DNA from: a virus
Virus record (IMG/VR): IMGVR_UViG_3300031758_000036
Location: 21,757 to 85,756 of that record
Reading direction: 5' to 3' (one strand)
DNA: 64,000 nucleotides
This document shows, piece by piece, positions 1 through 10,721 of the stretch. Every line of letters begins with the position of its first letter. Within the stretch, counting starts at the first letter, position 1. Made by a program: the position numbers and the translations under genes. Below the pieces are notes generated by a model that did not search any database, had not been told where the DNA came from, and saw nothing but the letters and a program-made list of their open reading frames with translations.

Positions 1-1
1 A

Positions 2-2659
2 AGCGAAACATTAGATGCTGCGCTTAAAAATATCAAGACTTCGCTGCTCGGTACTGAGACTGCTTATAGTAAATCGGCAGTTGCAGTTGACAACTACGCT
101 GAAAAACTAAGTGCAGCTAAAGTAGTCGCAGATGATTTTTTTGCCAGCATTATCGCCGGATCAAAAACTGGACAAATTTTAGACGAAAGTAACGAAGATA
201 CAATTGTAGCCATATCTGAAGCTCTGCGAGTGGTAAATAAAGCATTAGCGGACACTGAACCTGTGGCAAAAAAAGCAGAGCAAGCTATAAAGGCATACAA
301 TTCTGAAACCGCGAGTTCAGAGCAAACTGCGCTTGTAGTTGCACAAGCAAAAGCAACGGTTCAATCATACGATGCGATTATTGCGTCCGCCAAGAAGCTA
401 AGAGATGCTCTGGATAAAAAGGCAAAAACAAGCGGCAACGGTCTAACAGAGGAGGAGCGAAGAGAGCTTCTTCTTTTTAACGCTGTCATAGATAACACAA
501 TTAGGAAGCGCAAAGAACTCATAGAGTTAGCGAAATCAAAAAATATTCCCCTTGGTATTGACATAACTGGCGTAGATCTTGCCATTAATTCAACAGAAGA
601 ATTAAAAGCACAACTGAAATCTTTTAAGGAGATTGAAGCTAACGCCAAAATAGGTACTAAAGGCTATGAACAAGTACAGCAGGACATAAAAGGTATCGAG
701 GGTATACTTAAAGCCCTTGAAACCAACTTTACTGAACTAAAAATCAAGGTTCGCTTCGAAGAAGACAAAGCCAGTCTTGAGGGTGCAATTAATTATGCTA
801 GTGCATTATTAGACAACTATAAGGCACAACAAGGCTACAAGCAGGCTGGTTTTGACTTATCAAGGAGCGAAGCAGAGTATAGGGTAAAAACAGCAGAAAC
901 GGAACTGGCTGCGCTAAAAGACAGAAAGGCCAGCACCGGTGCAATCAAAGCAAAAGAAGATGAAATTGCACTTTTAAAGCAGGGCGTTATCGGGATAGAG
1001 AAGACAGCAATACAGGCTAGGATTACAGGCCTTGCGAGTGCACAAGCCCAAGAAAGGCAAATATTACTAGTCAAGCAACAGCAACAACAATTGGAAGCAC
1101 AGGCTGCCGTAGCGCAAGCGCAGCGTATAGCAGCAGAATCTAGATTAGCTGTATTAAAGGCAGAACAAAATCTGCTTAGCGCAGCATCAAAGGGAGCAAC
1201 GCTACAAGAATTAACAAGTCTTTATGAGATTGTTGAAAAAACGAAAGAACAGGTTGCTATTAGCGATAGACTAGTCGCAGTTGAAAAGAATCGCCAAGCC
1301 AACCTTAGCGCAGTCCAGGCACTTGAACAATCAACATTAGACTATAAACAAAAGACAGAAAAATCCACATTAGATGCGCAAGCCGCTCAATTGGGACTGA
1401 ATACAGCAGTCAAAGATGGCGTAGCACCCGCGCAAAATATAGCAAATAGCTTCGACCAAATGGGAGCCAATGCAACCCAGTCCTCTGCTGAGATCAGAGG
1501 CAGCACTGCCGGAATTTCAGAATCGTATTCATCAGTAATAGGTGCAGTTGATATCTTGAATTCGAGTATAGATGATACTGGTGTTTCCGCCGCAGGAGCC
1601 GCCAGCCAAGTGAGTACTGCAACTAGTGCAATAACGGGAGCCCTAAATGGAGCAGGATCCTCTGCTACTGGGCTAGAAGGTAAGATTGATGATGTCGGTA
1701 ATTCCATCCAAGCAACAGGGAGCAAGACAAGAGATTTAAATGCTAATTTATCCGCTGCACCAAAAGATGCTTATAATGAAATTACAAATCAGCTAGAGGC
1801 TGCTAACACAGCAGTTGGAGGCATTAGCGCCGATTTAGGCGCGGCAGGATCAGCGGCTGGTGGATTTAGCAGTAAAGTCAGTCCAATTGCGAGTAATCTA
1901 TCTGATGCTTCGCAAGCTTCGGCTGGATTAAGTGGAAATATTTCAAAAATTCCAACCAGTACATTGAATAATATCGAGACTTCGTTCGCTGGTGCGGCAA
2001 AATCCGCAAGTTTGATCGCTAGCGCTGACGTTGCTGGCTCCGTATCTGGTGCTCAAGCTCCTGCTAATAGCTTTGCCAATAGCATGGATGAGGCTAACAA
2101 TGCTGTTCAGGGTGTTTCGGATAAACTGAAATCGCTTAATGGTACTACGATTACAGTTAATGTTGATGTGCGCGGAGGATTGCCTGGCTACTGGACTGGT
2201 GGTCCAATTTCTGGCAATACTTTGGCCAGGGTTAACGAACTTGGCAAGGAGGCATTCCTGTCGGCCAGCGGTCGACTTTCGATGATTAATCGACCGGCTA
2301 ACAGTACCTGGAGAGCCCCTAGTTCCGGTACGATTATACCTGCACATCTTACTTCACTGCTAAACATCCCCAGGGGCGGCGTCAGCCTGCCTTCAGGTGC
2401 CTCTTCCAGGTTCCACAAGGCCACCCGAGGTAGCAATGGCGGTCGTAGCCTGGAAAGGGCAATTACCAGCGCTCTGAGGGGCTCCAGCGGAGCTGCTAGC
2501 AACGGCTACGAGGCTCGTTCTCAGGCAGCTCAAGCCGCGCAACTTGGTCGATTAACGTCAGCTATAAACGAACTGACACGCAAAAACTGGAATGTGGATG
2601 TGAAAGTCAGGAATACTGGAAATGCAGCCTATCTGGATGCGCTTAACCAGAGATTGTAA
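2..2659 (+). CDS. Tail tape measure protein, C-terminal part (5' end outside window)
   Basis: Frame is open from position 2 to TAA at 2659; long Ala/Gln/Lys coiled-coil then Ala/Ser/Gly-rich region; C-terminal 'WTGGPI..ARVNELGKEAFL' typical of TMP ends; followed by tail genes. Confidence 0.85.
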   Translation, partial: SETLDAALKNIKTSLLGTETAYSKSAVAVDNYAEKLSAAKVVADDFFASIIAGSKTGQILDESNEDTIVAISEALRVVNKALADTEPVAKKAEQAIKAYNSETASSEQTALVVAQAKATVQSYDAIIASAKKLRDALDKKAKTSGNGLTEEERRELLLFNAVIDNTIRKRKELIELAKSKNIPLGIDITGVDLAINSTEELKAQLKSFKEIEANAKIGTKGYEQVQQDIKGIEGILKALETNFTELKIKVRFEEDKASLEGAINYASALLDNYKAQQGYKQAGFDLSRSEAEYRVKTAETELAALKDRKASTGAIKAKEDEIALLKQGVIGIEKTAIQARITGLASAQAQERQILLVKQQQQQLEAQAAVAQAQRIAAESRLAVLKAEQNLLSAASKGATLQELTSLYEIVEKTKEQVAISDRLVAVEKNRQANLSAVQALEQSTLDYKQKTEKSTLDAQAAQLGLNTAVKDGVAPAQNIANSFDQMGANATQSSAEIRGSTAGISESYSSVIGAVDILNSSIDDTGVSAAGAASQVSTATSAITGALNGAGSSATGLEGKIDDVGNSIQATGSKTRDLNANLSAAPKDAYNEITNQLEAANTAVGGISADLGAAGSAAGGFSSKVSPIASNLSDASQASAGLSGNISKIPTSTLNNIETSFAGAAKSASLIASADVAGSVSGAQAPANSFANSMDEANNAVQGVSDKLKSLNGTTITVNVDVRGGLPGYWTGGPISGNTLARVNELGKEAFLSASGRLSMINRPANSTWRAPSSGTIIPAHLTSLLNIPRGGVSLPSGASSRFHKATRGSNGGRSLERAITSALRGSSGAASNGYEARSQAAQAAQLGRLTSAINELTRKNWNVDVKVRNTGNAAYLDALNQRL

Positions 2660-3420
2660 TGAGTGTAACAATTGGAAGTGTAACACTGAATACATTAACG
2701 GCGCAACCATTTGGTTACGACGAATCAGATACCAGTCGCGGTCAAACTGCTCGCAGGTTTGCAATTAGTGGTCTGGTCTCCCCTTCCGAATGGCTTGATT
2801 TATTAGACGAATACGATAATTGGCGTAATTCACGAATTGACGATGAAGATCCTGCAATTTCTGCCGTCATTGGCACAACTGTAAATTTTAGCGGAACAGG
2901 CCCTGGGTCTCAGTCTTGGTCATCTGTGCAGTGTTGGTTTACTGCAGCGCCAAGCGCTGAACAACGTGGAGCCTGGTTGGCTGTTAACGTAGAGTTAGTT
3001 TCTGCAGTCGAAGCTTTACAGGTTTTACTTAAGCAACAAGAGGCAGAGACAGGCGGTGGAGGAGGTGGATCCACCTTAACGCCAGATTTTGGTACATTTG
3101 TGATCGGAGGCACGACATTAACATTAACAAAACCCCCAGATTCATATGGGGCTGGTCCAGCCTTGGACTTGACAATAGGTGGAACTCATTACGTTTCAGG
3201 TACATTGACTGTTGTCATAAATAAAGATATAGAAGGTACCACAAATCTTACTGGGTGGAATAACATAAAATCATGGTACGAAGCCACGATAACTACGACT
3301 CCATCCAGTGGTAGTTACTTTCCGGTCAGCGTTCCCAGTGCAACTGCTGAACGTGTATTGATTGACGGAACACCAACTGATATATATACCGTTTCGGTTG
3401 TACTGGTGCAGGTAATTTAA
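2659..3420 (+). CDS. Tail protein (distal-tail position)
   Basis: Coupled to TMP by TAATG overlap; two similar beta-rich halves (SVTIGSVTLNTL / TFVIGGTTLTLT). Confidence 0.55.
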   Translation: MSVTIGSVTLNTLTAQPFGYDESDTSRGQTARRFAISGLVSPSEWLDLLDEYDNWRNSRIDDEDPAISAVIGTTVNFSGTGPGSQSWSSVQCWFTAAPSAEQRGAWLAVNVELVSAVEALQVLLKQQEAETGGGGGGSTLTPDFGTFVIGGTTLTLTKPPDSYGAGPALDLTIGGTHYVSGTLTVVINKDIEGTTNLTGWNNIKSWYEATITTTPSSGSYFPVSVPSATAERVLIDGTPTDIYTVSVVLVQVI

Positions 3421-3421
3421 G

Positions 3422-5731
3422 ATGGTACTTGATATTCGCGCACAAATCAATTGCAGCCTTGGTGATTTAATTGATGCCAGCATAAGCGATGACTATATTC
3501 AACAGAATGGATTGATAACAACTCAAGGGAGTTGCACGATAGAAGGCACGATTACACCGTCAATTGGAGAAATTGTAACATTTAGTTATACAAAAAACGG
3601 TCAGACTTATGATATTCCGCGTACATTACGCGTACTCAGCAGTTTCACCGATCCGTATCGCAATACTAGTAAAATTCAACTAGGCTGTAAATTTACATAC
3701 CTTAATGACCTAAAAGAACCAGTTCGATGGGATGCCTTTTCCGACCCGCAAAATAGCAATTACACTAGTTCTGATACGGAGATTGTAGTTATACCTATTT
3801 GGGCAAAATCAATAGCTCAGAGGTGCCTAGATGGGCTTGGTATAACCCTGGCAGCAGGAAGCAATCTTAGTGTTTTGACAAATAGTTTTAGTATTAAGAC
3901 ATTTGACTACAGTTCTGGTTATGTGAATATATTAAACAATCTACTGGTATCCGAGTCATATTGCGGATATTTAAACACTGACGAAAACTTAGTATTGTTT
4001 CCGATTCAGGTAGGTGGCGGAAGCGGTCCTTACATTGACGAAGATAAGATGGTCGATGCTAGACCTGTAAATGTTGGAGATATACCGGCTGACGCTGTTT
4101 TCGTTTCCTATAGTACATTGGTATTAAAAAATGCAGGAGAAGAGCCAGATCCGCCGGATCCAGATGATCCCCCGCCGGACCCAGATGATCCACCGGCTCC
4201 AAACCAAATAACACCACCGCCACCAAATCCTGATATTGACCCGGATACCGGCTTGCCTATTGATCCGCCAGTTCCAGGTGATCCGGATTATCCGGATTAT
4301 GCGGCTGCAAAAGACGAATATCAGAAATGGTTGGAGTATTTTTTACGTTTCAGGGAGGAAGAAGGCGGCCCTTCTTTCGCTGTACTTACTTACAAGGAGG
4401 ATACAGTGAGTCCGACTGGTGAAACTACAACAGCAAAACTTACTGCGACCGTAGTCCATAATCCTGTAACAATTACGCGCTCTACTTACGAAGCAGTTGC
4501 AGTTCTGAATACTGAAGACGAATCGATTTCCCTTGAGGAAGAGAGGCTTGTGGCCGAAAGCACTGTGTCATCAAATATTTGTGGTATTATCGGTGCGGGT
4601 TATTACCAAGGTGTACTTGATGCTGCGTATGAGGCTAACCCCGAATTCACCTCTCTGTACATCAGAGACTTCAATCTACTTGGCCAGTCTAATGTTTACA
4701 TATTTAAGGAAATATTTTACTATGGCTGGGGTACCAGGACTATAGAATCTAAATACATAAGTGCGCTGCAAGTTGCCGCTGAAATGAACATGAAATGGGC
4801 ATTCGTATTTGCGGGACCTGATGGCGAACTATACCTTTCATATGTGGGATTTTCCGGGTATTTGTTGTCAGAGCAGACAATAACTGATGAACAGAAAATT
4901 GAGGATTTCGCGTCAAATGTTACTTATTACTACAGATTATGGCATCAAACTCTAGCCGGCCAGATAGCGACCGCCACCGCATCAGATGATGACAAAATAG
5001 AGAATACCCAGGCTGCTCGCAGTTATTTTGATGCTATCGCCAGACAAGGGCTAGTCTTTGATTATTCGACAAGTAGCCTTTCGTTTAGCAAAGGCAATCC
5101 CACCAGGCCTGCTAAAGAAAAACTAGTTCTAGAGCAATATGTAGATAAATCAGCAAATAAGATAATTACAAAGTCTGTCACGGATACTTCCAGTATTTTT
5201 CCTGAAGGCATTATTCCAGGGACGACACCTACGCCTACACCTACGCCTACACCTACGCCTACGCCTACGCCTACGCCTACGCCTACTGGTGGTGATCAGC
5301 AAAGTGGCTCCGCAGATATAAAGAAAAACGACCAGAGAACTGAAAGCCAATCTAGGCTGGAATTTGTTGATGGCAACATTCAGGCAACCAGAAGGATAGA
5401 GTATCGGTTGCCTTATGCTCCAGACGATAGGTTTTTAAAGACTACCGACGACAAATACTTTGCCATCCGGTCTGACGCGCCTCAAAAAGCGAATAAATAC
5501 GGCAAAATTCAAAATGCATTGGTTTTCGGTAACAGAGCTGGGATGAATGTAACAACAGTGCCGGAACTTTTGCCAAATCAGCCGTTTGCACCTATCGTGA
5601 TTGAAGCAGGCGGCTTTGCTGCTATGTTCAGGACAAATGGTACTAGTTGGGCTCTCGATTCAACTGGCATCTTAGTAAGCACTGATGGATTGTTTTGTGG
5701 GGGAGTTGGGACTGTTTACCCAACTCCTTAA
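3422..5731 (+). CDS. Tail tip/baseplate hub-like structural protein with Pro/Asp-rich and (Thr-Pro)10 linkers
   Basis: 769 aa, second gene after TMP; low-complexity linkers. Confidence 0.55.
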   Translation: MVLDIRAQINCSLGDLIDASISDDYIQQNGLITTQGSCTIEGTITPSIGEIVTFSYTKNGQTYDIPRTLRVLSSFTDPYRNTSKIQLGCKFTYLNDLKEPVRWDAFSDPQNSNYTSSDTEIVVIPIWAKSIAQRCLDGLGITLAAGSNLSVLTNSFSIKTFDYSSGYVNILNNLLVSESYCGYLNTDENLVLFPIQVGGGSGPYIDEDKMVDARPVNVGDIPADAVFVSYSTLVLKNAGEEPDPPDPDDPPPDPDDPPAPNQITPPPPNPDIDPDTGLPIDPPVPGDPDYPDYAAAKDEYQKWLEYFLRFREEEGGPSFAVLTYKEDTVSPTGETTTAKLTATVVHNPVTITRSTYEAVAVLNTEDESISLEEERLVAESTVSSNICGIIGAGYYQGVLDAAYEANPEFTSLYIRDFNLLGQSNVYIFKEIFYYGWGTRTIESKYISALQVAAEMNMKWAFVFAGPDGELYLSYVGFSGYLLSEQTITDEQKIEDFASNVTYYYRLWHQTLAGQIATATASDDDKIENTQAARSYFDAIARQGLVFDYSTSSLSFSKGNPTRPAKEKLVLEQYVDKSANKIITKSVTDTSSIFPEGIIPGTTPTPTPTPTPTPTPTPTPTPTGGDQQSGSADIKKNDQRTESQSRLEFVDGNIQATRRIEYRLPYAPDDRFLKTTDDKYFAIRSDAPQKANKYGKIQNALVFGNRAGMNVTTVPELLPNQPFAPIVIEAGGFAAMFRTNGTSWALDSTGILVSTDGLFCGGVGTVYPTP
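5225..5284 (+). repeat. In-frame hexamer microsatellite (ACRCCT)x10 encoding (TP)10
   Basis: Read directly from sequence. Confidence 0.95.
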
Positions 5732-5768
5732 TCCAGCACCTTTATTCTAGTTCTTAAGGGCTCAAGGC

Positions 5769-6932
5769 ATGGCACCACCTAGCGAAACTCCTGTACCCTG
5801 GTTCCCTGTAGTTCAAGGTATAGTGTCACTCGGTGAAATTCCCGAGGTTGTCGACGGGCAAATTACGGTCGAGCATCTTGTCCCAGTTTGGAATCAAGTA
5901 ACAACGACTTCATCTAAAACTAGGACAATAATTGAGGTAAAGGTTTATCGTTATTCGCTTAACCTGTTAACAGAAATAGCCCCCATACCATCTCACACTG
6001 AACTGGTTGTCCAAAGTATTAATACAATTAATCCGGACATTGTTTTAGTGCAGGTCGCTATTGCTGATCCGACGATAGAATCTGGGTCGCTTGCTATAGA
6101 TGTTCCCGTTACAGAGGTAACCATTAATACTTCGACAGTTATTCATGCCGGCGATGTGAGCGTCGTTTATGTAGATTCAATAATGAATATTGATATTCAA
6201 ATACCAACCATAAGCGTAACCGCAAACTTAGCACCTGTTGTCTGGCATCTTGACGGAGTAAATAATTCAACCTCTACTTCTTCTAGCGGCGCCTACGCCG
6301 TCTCCGCTACATTTTACGGAACGGCTGCTTTGTCTACAACAAGATCGAAGTATGGCGCATCTTCTGTGTATTTTTCACAGGAACAAATTGCTTTTTTTGA
6401 AGTTCCGGATCCCAGTATTTCTCGCTTAGTATTTGTTCCTGATATTCAATTAGGCAGTGAGGATTGGTGTATTGAATTCTGGTGGTTTGCAGCAAGCCCC
6501 GACTCTACGGCTTACACCACTATCTATACTATAAAGAATGATGCAATTTATGGAGAACTTGCTAGCTTAGATGTCGATTTTACTGACAACAGAATATCAC
6601 AATGGTGGACCGGAGGTATTGGATTTAATCTTGATGAGTCACTAAATCCATTAATATTCACAAGAAATCAATGGAATCACGTAGCATGGTACAGAATCGG
6701 CAACTCCTACTACCTGGCATTGAATGGTGTAGTTGAAAGTGACAATGTTCGCGGCCCAGTGAATCCATCTGATCCGATACTTAATATTGAAGATATTTTA
6801 CATACAGTTGGTGAATTTGATGGTCTTGGTTATTATACTATGCCTGATGATTATGTTGATGAAATAAGGATTTCCTATGGAACGTCTCCATACACTGCGT
6901 CCAACTTCATCCCACCTTCCTCTCAATTCTAG
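5769..6932 (+). CDS. Tail protein with C-terminal LamG/concanavalin-like lectin domain
   Basis: Motifs SKYGASSVYF, DWCIEFWW, NQWNHVAWYR..YLALNGV, YVDEIRIS..YTASNFIPPS. Confidence 0.75.
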   Translation: MAPPSETPVPWFPVVQGIVSLGEIPEVVDGQITVEHLVPVWNQVTTTSSKTRTIIEVKVYRYSLNLLTEIAPIPSHTELVVQSINTINPDIVLVQVAIADPTIESGSLAIDVPVTEVTINTSTVIHAGDVSVVYVDSIMNIDIQIPTISVTANLAPVVWHLDGVNNSTSTSSSGAYAVSATFYGTAALSTTRSKYGASSVYFSQEQIAFFEVPDPSISRLVFVPDIQLGSEDWCIEFWWFAASPDSTAYTTIYTIKNDAIYGELASLDVDFTDNRISQWWTGGIGFNLDESLNPLIFTRNQWNHVAWYRIGNSYYLALNGVVESDNVRGPVNPSDPILNIEDILHTVGEFDGLGYYTMPDDYVDEIRISYGTSPYTASNFIPPSSQF

Positions 6933-6968
6933 TTAAACTTGGAATTATAGATAAGTCTCCTTTTAACA

Positions 6969-7397
6969 ATGGCTGTTGTTTCTGTTTATAACCATACGGC
7001 CCTTCGCTTTATCAATGGGTCGAATAGCCCCACTGATACTTATAAATTAATGCTGTGCACTAGCAGTACCTTTGATGCTACGAATACGACACTTGCTGGT
7101 ATAACAAAAACCGAAGTGGCAACGGGGAACGGCTATGTCGCGACCGGCAAAGCTTTGACAAATACTGCAGTCGCTACTGTTACTACAAATGATGCAAAAT
7201 TTAGTGCAGATAATGTAGAGTGGCTTGTTAATACGGCATCAATATCAGCCAACAGCGCGATTCTGTACAATGATACGGATGCTGATGATCCCCCTGTTTT
7301 TCATATTGACTTTGGTGGGACCAGAACCGTATTACCGGGAAATACGTTTGGTATTATCTGGAGTGCTGATGGCGTTTATAAGTTTAATATTACCTAA
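6969..7397 (+). CDS. Small virion structural/tail protein
   Basis: Motifs TYKLML..EVATGNGY..ADNVEW..AILYND..IDFGG common in phage tail modules; preceded by the late motif. Confidence 0.6.
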   Translation: MAVVSVYNHTALRFINGSNSPTDTYKLMLCTSSTFDATNTTLAGITKTEVATGNGYVATGKALTNTAVATVTTNDAKFSADNVEWLVNTASISANSAILYNDTDADDPPVFHIDFGGTRTVLPGNTFGIIWSADGVYKFNIT

Positions 7398-7450
7398 TTA
7401 TTGGAACCATATCAGGGAGCGAATAGCCTTACCTCAATCACCTTTGTGTC

Positions 7451-7855
7451 ATGGCGCAATCGACTATCATTAGCACAAAGGAACTTCAGCGGCAGGCCGA
7501 GTTATGCTTTGAGGGCGAGACATTAAAGGTAATGCTGGCGAGTGTGGGTGCTACTGGTTACACAGAAGAAAGTACAGTAGCTAACTGGCAGTCTGTTGAA
7601 GTGACTGGGCTGGGATACACTCGCTTTAGTACTGTTATTGGAACTGGTTCGTATAGCAATTCTCTTGCTGCATATACCTTACCTTCTATTGACGCAGTAT
7701 TTACTGCCGGTGGTACAGGGTGGGGATACGATCGGATCATTATTTATATCGATGGTGCGACTTATCCTCATAGTATAATTGCAGAAAATCCTACAGTTTT
7801 CCTGCAGTCTGGTCAAACGCAGACTTATCGGTTGGCCCTTCGCCAGGATGACTGA
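7451..7855 (+). CDS. Small virion structural/tail protein
   Basis: Similar architecture to previous gene (TLKVML..EVTGLGY); late motif upstream. Confidence 0.55.
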   Translation: MAQSTIISTKELQRQAELCFEGETLKVMLASVGATGYTEESTVANWQSVEVTGLGYTRFSTVIGTGSYSNSLAAYTLPSIDAVFTAGGTGWGYDRIIIYIDGATYPHSIIAENPTVFLQSGQTQTYRLALRQDD

Positions 7856-9687
7856 TGGGCTTAAAATTAAACCTAATTATAGATTACGGAAATCTTGTTC
7901 AAACCATAAGAAACATTGTTGAAGCAAACCGCAAGAAATTACTTGAGCAGGATAGGAAACGACAGATCAAAGAGGATATAAAGAGCAAAGAGCAGGAGCA
8001 GGCAAACTTTGGTGGCCCGCAGCCGCGAAATTCAGCATCTCCCGGTTTTCCGGAGAGCGAGAAAACTCCAAGAACAACATATGAGCCTTGGGATACAACA
8101 TCTGAAACTAAGAATTACCGCGAAACTTTAGCAGAAGCGAAAGAAAATGAACGCCGCAAATCAAAAGAAAAGGACGAAAAGTACAGAGCAAATAAACCTG
8201 GAAGCTTTCCTGATAAAAGTAAGCCAAAATTAGGACACTTTTGGGCTTTCAAAGATTATAAATTCCAAGAATCTGGTCCCAAAGTTCTGGGTGAAAGTAG
8301 TGGTGGCCTTGGGGAGAGTGGCTACGCAATACTTCTGCCAGAGATTAGCGGTGGAAATACAACAATACAAAAGACTAATCTTGTCACAGGAACTGGTGGC
8401 AAATGGGATGAATTTGGAGGCGATTCTTTTAGCGCTGAATTCGTAACTACTACCGACTTTGAGTCAGTATTCGACGAAATCACTCTATACATAACTGATT
8501 TTGATACATGCGAAATAGTGTGTCCGAAGGAACGTTGGCAGACCGGCTATGTAACGACATCCTCTCTGTTAAATGTTCAGGAGGCTGTAGAGCATTTAGC
8601 CATTCCCGTTGGAGATGGCAAGTTTATACTAATTACAGCCGAAAAATATGTATATTGGCAATTTAATACTATCTGGACAGGTGGGAAGAAGATGTATGCT
8701 GGAGACGGCAGTTGCGAAAGTTTTGGACAGGGTAGTTGTCCTGGAGGCTGGAACCCAATCTCCTTTCCGGGCAACCCGAACTTATGTCCATCAGAAATCT
8801 TACATATTGTAACGTTCGTTGGCGGCTGGGCTGATACGAACTGCGAGACGATATACAGGTATTGGGGACCGTATGAAGCAACATATGGCTTCGTCTCTAG
8901 AAGTTATGTAACTGACACTCGTAGAATATTCTCCGCTTATATTTGCAGCGATAGTAACAGAAGGGAGATCGATATACCTGAAAAATTGCAAGATTTCCTT
9001 GATATTCAATTTGATGAAGCCGTTGCCGATTATCCGCCTCCTTATGAAATTGGCTTCAACTATACTTACGAGCACAGTGAAAAAATTTACAGGGACATTG
9101 GCAGCCACGACCTAAATAGCGGTTATGTCCCACCTGCAAACGGCAACCCCGGATACCAAATTGACATCTCAAAAGGCTTGTGGACTGATAATTTTCTTGA
9201 AGGGTACACACCAGAGGTATTTAAGTGGATAAACAATAAAATTAACTTTGTAGATGGAGGTAAAATCAAAGAATTTACAAATAAAAAGCAGATCATACTG
9301 GATGCTTCGAGGCCAGATACTGCTTATGGACACATTTTAAAATATATCGATGATGAAACCGGCGATGTTGATTACCCATATGCCAGTTACCTATATAATA
9401 ATTTTACAAATTTTCTGTATGCCACAATTCCTGCAGATAAAACGCCTTCCTGGGACATGTGGAGAGAAGGCTATGCAGGTGAGAAACCCAAAAGCGAACT
9501 CACTGCGACCCTCAGATTGAGGGCCAATCGTGACAAGGCTGAAGGTGATTACAATGACTACGATTCAGAATTAAAATATTACGGCAAAGAAGATATACTT
9601 GGAGTGGTTTGGGACTGGGATGACCCAAAATACTGTAAAGAAATGTGCATTGCGCTAGGCTTTAGTGGTGGCGATTTGACTATATAA
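7855..9687 (+). CDS. Hypothetical structural protein (610 aa)
   Basis: Coupled to upstream gene; charged N-terminus, aromatic/Cys-rich body. Confidence 0.5.
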   Translation: MGLKLNLIIDYGNLVQTIRNIVEANRKKLLEQDRKRQIKEDIKSKEQEQANFGGPQPRNSASPGFPESEKTPRTTYEPWDTTSETKNYRETLAEAKENERRKSKEKDEKYRANKPGSFPDKSKPKLGHFWAFKDYKFQESGPKVLGESSGGLGESGYAILLPEISGGNTTIQKTNLVTGTGGKWDEFGGDSFSAEFVTTTDFESVFDEITLYITDFDTCEIVCPKERWQTGYVTTSSLLNVQEAVEHLAIPVGDGKFILITAEKYVYWQFNTIWTGGKKMYAGDGSCESFGQGSCPGGWNPISFPGNPNLCPSEILHIVTFVGGWADTNCETIYRYWGPYEATYGFVSRSYVTDTRRIFSAYICSDSNRREIDIPEKLQDFLDIQFDEAVADYPPPYEIGFNYTYEHSEKIYRDIGSHDLNSGYVPPANGNPGYQIDISKGLWTDNFLEGYTPEVFKWINNKINFVDGGKIKEFTNKKQIILDASRPDTAYGHILKYIDDETGDVDYPYASYLYNNFTNFLYATIPADKTPSWDMWREGYAGEKPKSELTATLRLRANRDKAEGDYNDYDSELKYYGKEDILGVVWDWDDPKYCKEMCIALGFSGGDLTI

Positions 9688-9731
9688 ATATATGCTTCGG
9701 CACCATAGTATCAGAGCTTTAGAATACAAAA

Positions 9732-9857
9732 GTGCAAGACGAAGAGAAGCCTGATCTATTAACAAAAATGCAGATGGCAGTTAGTGTGAATCGCCATTCA
9801 ATGTTACGTAAAAGCGCTGACAAAAAGCTAGTTAACGATGCGATATACGGCAAGTGA
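9732..9857 (+). CDS. Small hypothetical protein (41 aa, GTG start)
   Basis: Fills the gap; preceded by GGCACCATA motif at 9699; below ORF-track cutoff. Confidence 0.4.
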   Translation: MQDEEKPDLLTKMQMAVSVNRHSMLRKSADKKLVNDAIYGK

Positions 9858-9861
9858 ATTT

Positions 9862-9870
9862 GGCATACTA
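9862..9870 (+). promoter_or_regulatory. Putative late promoter element GGCATACTA (representative of about 20 GGHANNMTA copies)
   Basis: Recurs in intergenic gaps upstream of structural and lysis genes. Confidence 0.65.
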
Positions 9871-9880
9871 ACGCGCCCTT

Positions 9881-9938
9881 AGGCGTGATGCCTGCAGACA
9901 TGTCCGACGAAAATCAATCCGCACTTGAGATGGGTGCG
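9881..9938 (+). promoter_or_regulatory. Two GNGAY-pentaloop hairpins flanking the scaffold start codon
   Basis: AGGC-GTGAT-GCCT (9881-9893) and CGCACTT-GAGAT-GGGTGCG (9920-9938). Confidence 0.6.
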
Positions 9939-10637
9939 ACCAGCTCTGGAGAACGCAATATTCCAGATCCAGGTGATAACCGCAGTTATTCTGAAGAAGA
10001 AGTCCAAAACTTGCTGAAAGCTCTGAAATCGGAGCGCGAAGCTCGTAAAGTATACGAGAAAGAGGTAAAAGAAAAAGCAGCAATGCTTGAAAAATTTGCC
10101 GATATTCAGCCTGAAGAATATCGTAAATTACAAGAAGAAGTTGCCACTTCCGCAAGGGAGAAGGCCGCAGTAGAGGAACGGACTGCATTGCTGGAGGAGA
10201 AGTATGGCTCCCAGGCTGCAGAAGCAGCTAAGGCGCGAGATTCTGCTAATCGCGAACTGCAAGAATTCCGCAAGCGTTATGCGCTTGAAAAGGTATTCTT
10301 TGCTGCAGGCGGTCGGACTGATTCCGCTGATGGCGTATCTTTCTTTGATATGCTAGCAAATCAAATTGGTGCTCAATTCCGACTTGAAGTTGATGGCAGT
10401 ATTACTGTAGTCGACAATGCTGGTGATCCTGTGTTGGATAAAGAATCTGGCCGCCGATTGAACCCTGAAGATTACTTAGGTCAGTTCAAGACGCACCCGA
10501 TTTATGGTACCTTCTTCAAAGGTAACAAAGGTTCTGGTGCTGGTATTGGCTATGGCGGCACCGATACTGTTGGCATGACTGGTGAAGATTTGCACGCTCT
10601 CAGTCGTGATGAATTGTTCCAGCGTGCATTTGGCTGA
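9900..10637 (+). CDS. Capsid scaffolding protein
   Basis: Acidic N-terminus, coiled-coil 'LKALKSEREARK', C-terminal 'FFKGNKGSGAG'; directly upstream of MCP; ATG at 9900 preferred over GTG at 9885. Confidence 0.85.
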   Translation: MSDENQSALEMGATSSGERNIPDPGDNRSYSEEEVQNLLKALKSEREARKVYEKEVKEKAAMLEKFADIQPEEYRKLQEEVATSAREKAAVEERTALLEEKYGSQAAEAAKARDSANRELQEFRKRYALEKVFFAAGGRTDSADGVSFFDMLANQIGAQFRLEVDGSITVVDNAGDPVLDKESGRRLNPEDYLGQFKTHPIYGTFFKGNKGSGAGIGYGGTDTVGMTGEDLHALSRDELFQRAFG

Positions 10638-10661
10638 CAATAATTAAGCCATTATATACGA

Positions 10662-10686
10662 AAGCCGGCCCATTGGGTCGGTTTTT
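10662..10686 (+). terminator. Intrinsic terminator after scaffold
   Basis: GCCGGCCC-ATT-GGGTCGGT stem plus T tract. Confidence 0.7.
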
Positions 10687-10721
10687 ATTGCATTTTTGGA
10701 ATCATAAGTTTGAGTACCCAG

